From the IMG/VR virus record IMGVR_UViG_3300031853_000031, positions 4,579 to 68,578 of that record: a stretch of DNA of 64,000 nt. The stretch is one strand, 5' to 3'. The notes below the pieces were generated by a model that saw only the letters and a list, made by a program, of their open reading frames with translations, was not told the DNA's origin and made no database searches. The first letter of the stretch is position 1. Every line of letters begins with the position of its first letter. Origin of the DNA: a virus (taxonomy: Duplodnaviria > Caudoviricetes). This document shows positions 28,053 to 37,957 of the stretch, piece after piece. A program made the translations under genes and the position numbers.

Positions 28053-31000
28053 ATGTATGATTTTGTGAAAATAACTAGTAGATCTCCTAAGCACGGACTG
28101 GTTGAAGTATACCCGGAGTTTCTTGTAGAAACCTCTGATGATCTTATGATTAAGGGCGGTGATTTCTATGCTGTTTGGATGGAAGATAAACAGCTATGGA
28201 GTACAAATGAGGACGATGTGATTCGAACCATAGATGCGGCTATAAAAGACGAAGTAGAAAGACTTCGAAAAACGTCTAGCGATCATGTCAAAGGATTATA
28301 TTTGAAATACTCCTCGACAAGGATGATAAAGTCTTGGCATTCTTTCGTCCAAACAGATATGCGTGAACATTTCACTCCCCTTGATAAGAAGATTATATTT
28401 GCAGACACTAAGACTACGAAGAAAGACTACGCCTCTAAAAAACTTCCCTATTCTTTGAGTGATGGGGAATGTCCTTGTTGGGATGAACTTGTGGGAACAT
28501 TATATTCTGAGACAGAGAGGGCGAAGATCGAATGGGCTATTGGTGCCATCGTAACGGGTGATTCGAAAAAGCTTCAGAAGTTTCTTGTTATGTATGGTGA
28601 TCGTGGAACTGGAAAGTCAACGATAATAAACATCATTGAACAGTTGTTTAAAGGGTATTGCACGACGTTTGTATCTAAAGCTTTAGGTAGTTCAAAAGAT
28701 TCGTTTGCGATGTCGCCTTTTAAAGATAATCCCCTGGTGGCGATTGAGCATGAGGGTAATTTATCAAAAATTGAGGACAACTCAAAACTTAACGCTATCG
28801 TTTCTCACGATTCGGTAGTGATTAATGAAAAGTTTGAAAAGGCGTATTCACAAAAGCTTAACACTTTTATTGTTATAGCCTCTAACAAGCCTGTTAAAAT
28901 TACTGATTCTAAATCTGGTCTTTTAAGACGTTTGATAGATGTGACGCCTACAGGAAATAAGATACCAGCCGAACGATATCTTTATCTGACGAATAATATT
29001 CAGTTTGAGTTGGGCGCTATAGCCAAACATTGTAAGGATGTATATCTCGACATGGGTTTTCGTTATTATGATAACTATGTGCCGAAGCTTATGCTCGGTG
29101 AAACCAACGACATGTATAATTTCTTAGAAGACATGTATGATGAGTTGGTAAGAGAAGACGGAATTACAATGAAGTCTTTATGGGCTAGATACAAAGAATA
29201 TTGCCAGGAAGCCAACGTGCCTTATCCGTTTTCTTATAGGGTTTTTAAGACTGAGGTTAGGCCGTATTTTACTGATTCGTACGAGCGAAAGAGATTAGAG
29301 GATGGGACTCAGGTACGAAACTATCTATCCGGTTTCAAGGCGGAGAAGTTTGATTATATTTTCCAGAAGGAAGAGTCTGAGAAGGAGAAAGGAGCAAAGA
29401 ATAACTTCTGGCTGGAGTTTGGAGAATATGAATCGGTTTTTGATGAGGAGTTTATTGATTGCCCTGCTCAGTATGGTAGCGGTAAAGACGAGAAACCTAT
29501 GAAGAGCTGGGACGATGTTGAGCTGGTGTTGGGGGATCTTGATACTACGAGACTGCATTACGTGAGAGTTCCATTATATTTGATATGTGTGGACTTTGAC
29601 ATTAAGGATCCTGTCACTGGTAAGAAGAGTCTTGAGCTTAACATTGAAGCAGCCAGTAAGTGGAAAGCTACCTATGCTGAGCTTAGCAAGTCTGGGGGTG
29701 GGATACATCTCTATTATATTTATGAGGGAGATGTGGAAGCTCTGGAGAGAAACTATGGCGATGACATTGAGATTAAGGTGTTTACCGGTAAGTCCAGTCT
29801 TAGAAGGCGGCTTACTAAGTGCAATAATCTCCCAATCGCCAAGATAAGTAGCGGTCTTCCAAAAAAGGAGGTGAGGAAGACGGTATCTAAGAAAACAATT
29901 GAAGATGAGAAACATCTGGTAAATAAGATTAACATGGCTCTTCGTAAAGAAGTGTCGCCAGGTAAGACAGTAACCTGTGTTAATTATATTTATGACACCC
30001 TTGAAGAAGCTTACAACAGCGGTATGCATTATGATGTGACTGCTTTGAAGGGAAAAATACTTGGGTTTGCTATGGGGTCTACCAATCATAGTCAGGAATG
30101 TGTGGACAGAGTAGCGAACATGAGGTTTTGTTCGGACGATGTTTCGGAACCAGTTGAGGCTAGCAGTGATTTGCTGGTCTTTTTTGATGTGGAGGTTTTT
30201 AAGAACCTCTTTGTGATTGTCTGGAAAGCTCAGGATAAGAATCATAAGCCTGTTATTATGATAAACCCTAAACCTGAAGAAGTTGAGGCGCTGTTTGATT
30301 TTAGATTGGTGGGCTTTAACAACAGAAAGTATGATAATCATATTCTCTGGGCGGCTATGATGGGTTATAACAACCTACAGCTCTATCATTTGTCTCAGAA
30401 TATCATTGGCAACGTGGATGGTGCTTGTTTCAGGGAAGCTTACAATCTTTCTTATGCTGATATTTATGACTTCAGTTCTAAGAAGCAGAGTCTTAAGAAG
30501 TGGGAGATTGAGCTTAAGATTCATCATGAGGAGCTTGGTCTTAAGTGGGATCAGGAAGTTCCACCAGAGCTTTGGGACAAAGTGGCACAGTATTGTGTTT
30601 ATGATGTCCTAGCAACTGAAGCAGTGTTTGATGCTTGTCACGGGGATTATACTGCCAGACAGATTCTTGCTGAGCTGAGTGGACTTAAAGTCAACGATAC
30701 TAACAGGGCCCATATCACAAAGATTCTGGTTGGGAATGATAAGAACCCCAAGCATGTTTACACAGACCTATCAATTATATTTCCAGGATACAAAATGGAA
30801 TGGGTTAACGGGAAGAAGTGTAACATGTATCGTGGAACGGATGTTGGTTTTGGTGGCTATGTGTACGCAGAACCCGGTGCTTATACAAACGTTGCCCTTC
30901 TTGACGTTGGTAATATGCATGGCGCAAGCATACTCGCCCTTAACAAGTTTGGTGAGCATACTAAGAACTACAAGGAAATCAGAGACGCACGTATGGCTAT

Positions 31001-32039
31001 TAAGTCTGGCGACTTTGATAAGGCCAAGACCATGCTTGGTGGAAAGCTTGCCAAGTATCTGACCAATCCTGAGGAAGCTGATCAGTTACAGACAGCCCTT
31101 AAACTGGTGCTTAACTCAACTTATGGTATTGCAGCGGCTACGTTCCCGAATCCGCTTAGGGATGATAGGGACGTGAACAATATTATTGCGCTTCGTGGTG
31201 CTTTATTCATGAGAACGTTGCAGGATGAAGTAGCCGAACGTGGTTTTACTGTAGCGCATATAAAAACAGACTCCATCAAGATACCTGATGCTACTCCTGA
31301 GATTATCGAATTCGTTATGGAGTTTGGCAGGAAGTATGGATATGAGTTTGAGCATGAGGCGACATATGAGAAGATGTGTCTTGTCAATAATGCCGTTTAT
31401 GTTGCTAAGTATGCTACGCCCGAATGGTGTGAGGAAGCTTATGGTTATATTCCAAAGGATTGTAAGAAGCATCCGGGACAGTGGACGGCTACTGGCACAC
31501 AGTTCCAAGTTCCGTATGTCTTTAAGACACTCTTTAGTCATGAACCAATTATATTTGACGACATGTGTGAGACCAAATCGGTTAAGACTGCTATCTATCT
31601 GGACTTTGCAGAGGATAAGTTTGATGTGAGTCAGTGGGAAGATCTTAAAGCGTTTAGGGAGATTAGCCCTGAGAAGAGAACTAGGAAACAGGATAAGTTG
31701 GTCGAGCTTTATAAAGACATCAGCGATCAGGAGCTTGATGACATGATAGCAGAAGGTCACAATTATATTTTCATAGGACGGGTTGGAAGATTCTGTCCTA
31801 TGGTGAAAGGTTGCGGTGCTGGGTACTTGCTTCGTGAAAGCGATACCGGTTTTAGTGCTGTGACTGGAAGTAAAGGTTATATGTGGATGGAGGCAGAGTC
31901 TGTTGAGAAGCTTGGCCTTCAGGATAAGATTGATAAGAGCTATTATATTTCACTAGTTGATGAGGCTATTAAGTCTATCAGTGAGTACACAGATATTGAA
32001 TGGTTCTTAGATAGTGACGTAGAAGACGCAGTAGCGTGA
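28053..32039 (+). CDS. Fused SF3-type helicase / AEP primase / 3'-5' exonuclease / family B DNA polymerase
   Basis: GDRGTGKS (Walker A); DFDIKD...SKSGGGIHLYY (AEP); FFDVEV, GFNNRKYD, YCVYDV (Exo I-III); DVGNMH, KLVLNSTYG, KTDS (PolB A-C). Confidence 0.9.
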   Translation: MYDFVKITSRSPKHGLVEVYPEFLVETSDDLMIKGGDFYAVWMEDKQLWSTNEDDVIRTIDAAIKDEVERLRKTSSDHVKGLYLKYSSTRMIKSWHSFVQTDMREHFTPLDKKIIFADTKTTKKDYASKKLPYSLSDGECPCWDELVGTLYSETERAKIEWAIGAIVTGDSKKLQKFLVMYGDRGTGKSTIINIIEQLFKGYCTTFVSKALGSSKDSFAMSPFKDNPLVAIEHEGNLSKIEDNSKLNAIVSHDSVVINEKFEKAYSQKLNTFIVIASNKPVKITDSKSGLLRRLIDVTPTGNKIPAERYLYLTNNIQFELGAIAKHCKDVYLDMGFRYYDNYVPKLMLGETNDMYNFLEDMYDELVREDGITMKSLWARYKEYCQEANVPYPFSYRVFKTEVRPYFTDSYERKRLEDGTQVRNYLSGFKAEKFDYIFQKEESEKEKGAKNNFWLEFGEYESVFDEEFIDCPAQYGSGKDEKPMKSWDDVELVLGDLDTTRLHYVRVPLYLICVDFDIKDPVTGKKSLELNIEAASKWKATYAELSKSGGGIHLYYIYEGDVEALERNYGDDIEIKVFTGKSSLRRRLTKCNNLPIAKISSGLPKKEVRKTVSKKTIEDEKHLVNKINMALRKEVSPGKTVTCVNYIYDTLEEAYNSGMHYDVTALKGKILGFAMGSTNHSQECVDRVANMRFCSDDVSEPVEASSDLLVFFDVEVFKNLFVIVWKAQDKNHKPVIMINPKPEEVEALFDFRLVGFNNRKYDNHILWAAMMGYNNLQLYHLSQNIIGNVDGACFREAYNLSYADIYDFSSKKQSLKKWEIELKIHHEELGLKWDQEVPPELWDKVAQYCVYDVLATEAVFDACHGDYTARQILAELSGLKVNDTNRAHITKILVGNDKNPKHVYTDLSIIFPGYKMEWVNGKKCNMYRGTDVGFGGYVYAEPGAYTNVALLDVGNMHGASILALNKFGEHTKNYKEIRDARMAIKSGDFDKAKTMLGGKLAKYLTNPEEADQLQTALKLVLNSTYGIAAATFPNPLRDDRDVNNIIALRGALFMRTLQDEVAERGFTVAHIKTDSIKIPDATPEIIEFVMEFGRKYGYEFEHEATYEKMCLVNNAVYVAKYATPEWCEEAYGYIPKDCKKHPGQWTATGTQFQVPYVFKTLFSHEPIIFDDMCETKSVKTAIYLDFAEDKFDVSQWEDLKAFREISPEKRTRKQDKLVELYKDISDQELDDMIAEGHNYIFIGRVGRFCPMVKGCGAGYLLRESDTGFSAVTGSKGYMWMEAESVEKLGLQDKIDKSYYISLVDEAIKSISEYTDIEWFLDSDVEDAVA

Positions 32040-32055
32040 AAGGAGAATTATATTT

Positions 32056-32580
32056 ATGGAATACAGGAATATCCCCAATATCGTATTAAAGGACGTTGAC
32101 GCAAGACAGATGATGTACAGGAACTTCGCAGGTAATGAAGGAAGATTCAATCCTGCAGGCAGAAGAAGCTTTACTCTTAGGTTTAATCCCGATCCTAAAG
32201 TGGACGGTCCGTTAGTTGAGCAGCTTAAGGCTGATGGATGGAATATCCGTGATAAGGAAACACGTGATGGCGATCCCATGTGCCAGCTGCAGGTCTTTGT
32301 GGACTTCTCTAAAGCCAAGTTCATGCCCAACATCAAGATGTATCGTAACAGCGATATGAGAGGTGTGAGGATTACAGAGTCAAACGCCGATCTGCTTGAT
32401 TCGTCAGAGATTGTTTCGTTTGACGTTAGCATTAGACCCTATCAGTGGGAGACAGCTCCTGGCACATCCGGTGTTAAGGCTTATGTTAAGTCTATGAATG
32501 TCGTAATTGAGTATGACGAGATCGCTGATCGGTACGAACATGGTGTTGCGGAAGACGATGAAGAACTTCCGTTCCTGTAA
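32056..32580 (+). CDS. Single-stranded DNA-binding protein
   Basis: Located in the replication module; OB-like pattern; acidic tail EDDEELPFL. Confidence 0.7.
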   Translation: MEYRNIPNIVLKDVDARQMMYRNFAGNEGRFNPAGRRSFTLRFNPDPKVDGPLVEQLKADGWNIRDKETRDGDPMCQLQVFVDFSKAKFMPNIKMYRNSDMRGVRITESNADLLDSSEIVSFDVSIRPYQWETAPGTSGVKAYVKSMNVVIEYDEIADRYEHGVAEDDEELPFL

Positions 32581-33779
32581 TGGGAATTGAGCTGGATGCT
32601 CATCAGATAGAAGCTGTTAACAAACTTGGTAATGGTAAGATACTTTGTGGCGTAGTAGGTTCAGGTAAGAGTCGTTGTGCTCTTGCCTACTACTTCTGCC
32701 GTGAGTGTCAGGGCAAGGTACGGCTTAATGGTAAGGGTCGTTATGTGAAACCTAAGAAGCCTAAGCCATTATATATTATCACTACAGCAAGGAAGAGGGA
32801 TACATTCGAGTGGGAAAAGGAATGTCTCCCTTTTCTTCTTAGTGACGAAGTTACCGTAGACTCATGGAATAACATCAAGAAGTATGTAGATGTTAGAGAT
32901 GCGTTCTTTATATTTGATGAGCAAAGAGTTGTTGGTTATGGAGCATGGTCTAAGTCTTTTATAAAGATAGCTAGGAACAATCGCTGGATTCTTCTTAGTG
33001 GAACACCCGGTGATACTTGGATGGACTATATGTCTGTCTTCATAGCTAACGGATTCTTTAAACACAAGACTGATTTCGTTAATCAACATGTGGTCTTTAA
33101 GAAGTTCTCACGTTACCCAAACCAAATCGACTATTATATTTTTGAGGATCGGTTAGAGAAGTTAAGAGACCAGATACTGGTGGATATTGAATACACCAAG
33201 CCTGCCACCTCACACGAACAGGTTGTCCAAGTAAGTTATGATAGGACACTCTATAAAACGGTTCGTAGCAGACGGTGGAATATCTATAAGGACGAGCCGG
33301 TTCAGAACATTTCAGAACTCTGCTACTTGCTTAGAAGAATTATCAACACTGACGAGAGTAGAGAGAAAGCAGTTATAGAAATTGTTCGTGAGAAGAAGAA
33401 AGTAATTATATTTTACAATTTCAATTGCGAATTGGACATGCTTAAAGGGATTAAGTATGGGAATGGCTTTTCTGTTGCAGAATGGAATAGTTATAAGCAT
33501 GAGCCTATTCCTAAGACAGACAAGTGGGTGTACTTGGTTCAGTACGCTGCCGGTGCTGAAGGATGGAATTGTATAGAAACAGACACTATTATATTTTTCT
33601 CACAGAACTACTCATACAAAATTATGCAACAAGCTGCTGGTCGTATAGACCGACGCAACACACCCTTTAAAGACTTGTATTTTTATCACTTGAAATCAAG
33701 AGCTCCGATTGACAAGGCTATCTCTGTAGCCCTTAAAGAGAAGCGTAATTTTAACGAGTCTCGTTTCATCGGAAAGTAG
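32580..33779 (+). CDS. SF2 (SNF2/DEAD-like) helicase
   Basis: VGSGKS, FDEQR, LSGTPG, GAEGWN and QAAGRIDR motifs. Confidence 0.9.
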   Translation: MGIELDAHQIEAVNKLGNGKILCGVVGSGKSRCALAYYFCRECQGKVRLNGKGRYVKPKKPKPLYIITTARKRDTFEWEKECLPFLLSDEVTVDSWNNIKKYVDVRDAFFIFDEQRVVGYGAWSKSFIKIARNNRWILLSGTPGDTWMDYMSVFIANGFFKHKTDFVNQHVVFKKFSRYPNQIDYYIFEDRLEKLRDQILVDIEYTKPATSHEQVVQVSYDRTLYKTVRSRRWNIYKDEPVQNISELCYLLRRIINTDESREKAVIEIVREKKKVIIFYNFNCELDMLKGIKYGNGFSVAEWNSYKHEPIPKTDKWVYLVQYAAGAEGWNCIETDTIIFFSQNYSYKIMQQAAGRIDRRNTPFKDLYFYHLKSRAPIDKAISVALKEKRNFNESRFIGK

Positions 33780-33871
33780 CCTTTCGCAAAAAAAACAGAC
33801 GGTATAATAGAAGAGAAGGGAAGAAATATGCCATTTTTGATATTATTTTGGCATTTTCTTATATTTTTTCG

Positions 33872-34162
33872 ATGAAAGAGTCAAGATTTCAAATGAAACT
33901 TATAGAAGATCTGAACGCTCTATTTCCCGGTTGTATGGTAATGAAACTAGATGCTGGGTACCGTCAGGGCATACCAGATCTTCTTATTTTGTTTAAAGAC
34001 AAATGGGCTGTGTTGGAGTGTAAGGCTAGTGCGACAGCACATCACCAACCTAATCAAGACTATTATATTTCTAGGATGGATGATATGTCCTTCGCTAGAT
34101 TTATCTATCCTGAGAACAAGAAGGAGGTCTTAGATGAACTTCAACGAGCATTTCAAACTTAA
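33872..34162 (+). CDS. VRR-NUC nuclease
   Basis: ESRFQ..LI, GIPDLL, AVLECKA, PNQDYY; promoter 33785 upstream; start uncertain. Confidence 0.8.
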   Translation: MKESRFQMKLIEDLNALFPGCMVMKLDAGYRQGIPDLLILFKDKWAVLECKASATAHHQPNQDYYISRMDDMSFARFIYPENKKEVLDELQRAFQT

Positions 34163-34691
34163 AGGTTCTCATTCTTTTTTGGGTGCCTCTAAGTATCATT
34201 GGATACGATACGACGAGGATAAGTTCAGGAAAGCATGGAGTAACCATGAAGCAGCCTTACGAGGCACTGCTGATCACGAGTTTGCAGCCTTGTGTATTGC
34301 ACGTGGTCAGAAGTTACCTCGTAGTAAACAAACCCTTAACATGTACGTTAACGACGCAATAGGCTTTGGGCTTAAGCCCGAGGTCACGTTGCGGTATTCT
34401 GATAACGCCTTCGCGACAGCTGATGCTATTGATTTCAAAGAGCGTAAGAAGTTGTTGCAAATCTTTGATTTGAAGACTGGTGTCGTTCCGGCACATATGG
34501 AGCAGCTGCTTGTGTACGCTGCTTATTTTTGTTTGGAATACAAGATGCGTCCTTCTGAATTCAAAACAGAACTTCGTATCTATCAGAACAGTGACGTCGT
34601 AATTTATGAACCCGAAGTAGATGAGATTGTCCCCATAATGGACAAGATCATTCACTTTAACAAGATCATCGAAGAGAGGAAATACCAATGA
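34134..34691 (+). CDS. PD-(D/E)xK (Cas4/RecB-like) exonuclease
   Basis: RGTADH, ATADAI, IFDLKTG and EQLLVYA. Confidence 0.75.
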   Translation: MNFNEHFKLKGSHSFLGASKYHWIRYDEDKFRKAWSNHEAALRGTADHEFAALCIARGQKLPRSKQTLNMYVNDAIGFGLKPEVTLRYSDNAFATADAIDFKERKKLLQIFDLKTGVVPAHMEQLLVYAAYFCLEYKMRPSEFKTELRIYQNSDVVIYEPEVDEIVPIMDKIIHFNKIIEERKYQ

Positions 34692-37615
34692 GTATTATTA
34701 TATTCTCAGATGAGTTGATGCATTATGGTACTCCTCATTCGGGAGCAACCCCACACTCAGGACGCTATCCTTGGGGATCTGGTAAGAATCCACAAAGACA
34801 TAAAAGTATTCTTCAGAGAGCTGGCGAACTTAAAGAAGCTGGATTTACAGCTAGTGAGGTAAGAGCAGTTATGGGTACCACGGATAGCGAAATAGCTGCG
34901 GCTAAAGCTAGAGAGAACAAATGGGGTGATGCTGATGCTCTTCACGAACAGAACAAGGCAACGCTTGCTAAGATTAAGAAGCTTGAAGAAGAAGGTAAGA
35001 CATCGACACAGATTAAAGAAGAAACCGGGTTATCCAGTGGTGATGTTAGAGCTTTAAAGTCTGTCGTAAAGAAGCGTCAGCTTCAACTCGATGTTACAGA
35101 GGCTAGAAGACTTCGAGATGAGGAACACCTTGGGCCCACTGAAATTGCTCGACGTATGAACACTGGTGAGTCTACGATTCGTAACTATCTTAAAGACTCG
35201 TATAAAGAGAAAGTGGATCGTCAAGATGACATCATCAATGTTTTAAAGGCCGAGGTCGATAAAAAGAAATACATTGACGTTGGTAAAGGTGTTGAACTTC
35301 AGCTCAATATTACAAGGGATAAACTTGACAAAACTGTAAAAGAACTTAAACAGCAAGGGTATACTATACACCATTTATCCGTTCCACAAGCTACTAATCC
35401 TGTACACAAAACATCGATCCAGGTATTAACCAAAGATGATGTACCGTGGAAAGAAGTTAATGCTAATCGTGAAAAAGTAGCAACCATATTGGATGTGTAT
35501 TCGGATGGTGGTGAGATTAAGAAGAAAGCCCCACCCGTCAGTATTGACTCATCACGTATCATGATTCGATACAACGAAGATGGTGGTGTAGATAAGGACG
35601 GTGTGTTGGAGCTTAGGCCAAGCGCTAAAGACTTATCGATGGGTGGAAACCGGTATTCTCAAGTCCGAGTCGCAGTTGATGACACCCACTATCTTAAAGG
35701 CATGGCGATGTATGCTGATGAGAAGGACTTCCCACCAGGTATCGATATTATATTTAACACTAATAAGCATAGGGGCACACCTATGATCGGAGAAGATGCT
35801 GATCATGAAGTTCTTAAGCGATTGAAGACTGATAAAGTCACCGGTGATGTTGATGTCGATAATCCTTTCGGTGCTATTGTAAAACAAAAGACGTATGTTG
35901 GAGACGATGGAAAGGAACATCAGTCCCCCATCAACATCGTTAACGAAGATGAAGACTGGGAGAAGTGGTCAAAGAATCTTTCTGCACAGTTCTTATCTAA
36001 ACAATATTTAGCTACTGCTAAGAAACAATTAGACCTCACATATAGAGATAAAGTGAAAGAGTTTGAAGAGATTCAGGCTCTTACCAATCCCGTTCTCAAA
36101 GAAAAACTGATGCGGTCTTTTGCTGATGATTGCGATTCAGCAGCAGTTCATCTCAAGGCTAAGGCGTTTGATCGGCAAGCGAGTCATGTTATTCTTCCTA
36201 TGCCTTGGAATAAACCTAATGAGATCTATGCACCGAATTATGAACAGGGTGAGGAATTGGCTCTTGTACGATATCCACACGGTGGAACGTTCGAGATTGC
36301 TATCGTTACTGTTAACAATAACAATCCTAAAGCTAGAAGATTAATAGGTAACGCCGCACACGCTGTGGGTATTAATCCAGAAGTAGCACAACAGTTATCT
36401 GGTGCAGACTTTGATGGTGATACTGTAGTTTGTATTCCTACTAGAGGTAATAAGATTAAGGCAACGAAAGCTATTAAGGAGTTAATAGACTTCGAGCCTA
36501 AAGAAAAGTATCCTGCTTACGAAGGTATGCCTCGTGTCGGTCCTGATACTGGATTCCATAAACAGGCTGAGATGGGTCGAGTTACAAATCTTATCACGGA
36601 TATGACCATTAAGCACGCCACTACTGAAGAAATTATTAAAGCTACTAAACATTCCATGGTAGTAATAGACGCTGAAAAGCATAATCTCGATTGGAGGCGT
36701 AGCTATGAAGAGAATCAGATAGAGGCGTTGAAGCGTAAATATCAGAACACCGCTTCTAACGGACGTCCGGGTGGATCATCGACTATCATCTCTCGTGCAA
36801 AGTCCCCCTACATGGCTCCTGAAATAGACACCAACCGGCCCTATAAGATCAATCCTGAAACCGGGGAGAAGGAGTTCCAGTTTACAAACAAGACCCATAA
36901 CAAAAGAAATAAAGACGGGACCTATAGCGACAAAGAGATACCCAACACCTATAAATCCACCAAGATGTACTGGGCTAAGGACGCCTATGAACTAACGTCT
37001 GATGGGAAGGGTGGTACTAAGATGGAACAAGCCTATGCTGACTATGCTAATAGTCTTAAAGCATTAGGTGATAGGGCCAGACTGGAGTCGGTCCATATAG
37101 AGAGTATCCCCTATTCAAAAGAAGCCCGTCGTGTTTACAAAGCTGAAGTAGAATCGTTACAGGCTAAACTTAATGCTGCTATAGCCCACTCTCCTAAAGA
37201 ACGTAAGGCTCAACTTGTAGCGTCTAAAGTGATTGCTGCTAAAAAAGAGGCCAATCCAGACATGACTAAAGAAGAGGAGAAGAAGATGCGGTCTATAGCT
37301 ATAGCAGACGCACGTTCTCATCTTATAGGTACACAGAGTAAGCCTCGTATTACAGAGATTACAGATCGTGAATGGGAAGCAATTCAGTCTGGTGCTGTTA
37401 CTAAGTCCATGCTTAGAGAGATTATTGATAACTCTGATCAAGACATGATTAGACAAAGAGCAACACCAAGAACTAATAGTAAGACATTAACACCTGCACA
37501 GAGGGCTAGTATACACGCCATACTTACTAACCCCAACAACAAAGTAACACAAGCTGAATTAGCTAAACGTTACAATGTTTCAGTATCTACGATCAATAAG
37601 ATTGCTCGTGAATAA
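34688..37615 (+). CDS. Single-chain two-barrel RNA polymerase (YonO / RdRP-like) with HTHs and N-terminal HxG tag
   Basis: SGADFDGD at 36398-36421; LVRYP upstream; QVRV...YLKGM second-barrel motif; HTHs GPTEIARRMNTGESTIRNYL and TQAELAKRYNVSVSTINKI; starts SDELMHYG. Confidence 0.85.
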   Translation: MSIIIFSDELMHYGTPHSGATPHSGRYPWGSGKNPQRHKSILQRAGELKEAGFTASEVRAVMGTTDSEIAAAKARENKWGDADALHEQNKATLAKIKKLEEEGKTSTQIKEETGLSSGDVRALKSVVKKRQLQLDVTEARRLRDEEHLGPTEIARRMNTGESTIRNYLKDSYKEKVDRQDDIINVLKAEVDKKKYIDVGKGVELQLNITRDKLDKTVKELKQQGYTIHHLSVPQATNPVHKTSIQVLTKDDVPWKEVNANREKVATILDVYSDGGEIKKKAPPVSIDSSRIMIRYNEDGGVDKDGVLELRPSAKDLSMGGNRYSQVRVAVDDTHYLKGMAMYADEKDFPPGIDIIFNTNKHRGTPMIGEDADHEVLKRLKTDKVTGDVDVDNPFGAIVKQKTYVGDDGKEHQSPINIVNEDEDWEKWSKNLSAQFLSKQYLATAKKQLDLTYRDKVKEFEEIQALTNPVLKEKLMRSFADDCDSAAVHLKAKAFDRQASHVILPMPWNKPNEIYAPNYEQGEELALVRYPHGGTFEIAIVTVNNNNPKARRLIGNAAHAVGINPEVAQQLSGADFDGDTVVCIPTRGNKIKATKAIKELIDFEPKEKYPAYEGMPRVGPDTGFHKQAEMGRVTNLITDMTIKHATTEEIIKATKHSMVVIDAEKHNLDWRRSYEENQIEALKRKYQNTASNGRPGGSSTIISRAKSPYMAPEIDTNRPYKINPETGEKEFQFTNKTHNKRNKDGTYSDKEIPNTYKSTKMYWAKDAYELTSDGKGGTKMEQAYADYANSLKALGDRARLESVHIESIPYSKEARRVYKAEVESLQAKLNAAIAHSPKERKAQLVASKVIAAKKEANPDMTKEEEKKMRSIAIADARSHLIGTQSKPRITEITDREWEAIQSGAVTKSMLREIIDNSDQDMIRQRATPRTNSKTLTPAQRASIHAILTNPNNKVTQAELAKRYNVSVSTINKIARE

Positions 37616-37623
37616 AGAAAGGA

Positions 37624-37866
37624 ATGAAAGTAATGATTGCAATGTTATCAACTTCTGATAATCCTTTCAATCCTTTTACAAACTTTGAAGAATGGTACGA
37701 GTATGATGAGCGAAATAATTACCATTCCACTTCGTATTTAGGTCGAATTGCAAGACTTTCTCCGAATTTAACAAATAAAGAATACGAAGATGAAGTTGAA
37801 AGAGCGATTGATGAGATTATTAAGTACAATTTAACAGGAAATTACATTAAGGTGACACAGCCTTGA
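37624..37866 (+). CDS. Small acidic hypothetical protein next to the RNAP
   Basis: RBS GAAAGGA; MLSTSDNPFNPF... Confidence 0.65.
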   Translation: MKVMIAMLSTSDNPFNPFTNFEEWYEYDERNNYHSTSYLGRIARLSPNLTNKEYEDEVERAIDEIIKYNLTGNYIKVTQP

Positions 37867-37867
37867 T

Positions 37868-37950
37868 AGGGGGGAGGGGGTACCCCGAATCCCGCCCCCT
37901 CCCTGCATCGCGGCGTCCTTATATTTTTCTCCGGGGGTTAAAACCCCAAT
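37868..37950. other. Probable cos / genome-end region
   Basis: GC-rich island between the RNAP and terS/HNH; GGGAGGGGG/CCCCCTCCC inverted repeat, then GCATCG-CGGCGTCCT (37911-37919). Confidence 0.5.
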
Positions 37951-37957
37951 TATATTT

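Larger units (their letters stand above)
6717..33808 (+). promoter_or_regulatory. Dispersed phage promoter family CGCAA-N5-ACA-N5-TATAAT (17 clear copies, 1 degenerate)
   Basis: 24-bp copies starting at 6717, 6895, 7571, 7836, 8115, 9099, 9412, 9742, 10483, 11065, 12039, 12223, 12454, 13890, 19912, 22583 and 33785 (degenerate 11420); invariant spacing; all on + strand, nearly all intergenic or at gene ends. Confidence 0.9.

Noticed and set aside
34134-34691. CRISPR adaptation Cas4
   Set aside because: Stand-alone PD-(D/E)xK nuclease in a replication module, without the Fe-S cysteines, cas1 or an array.
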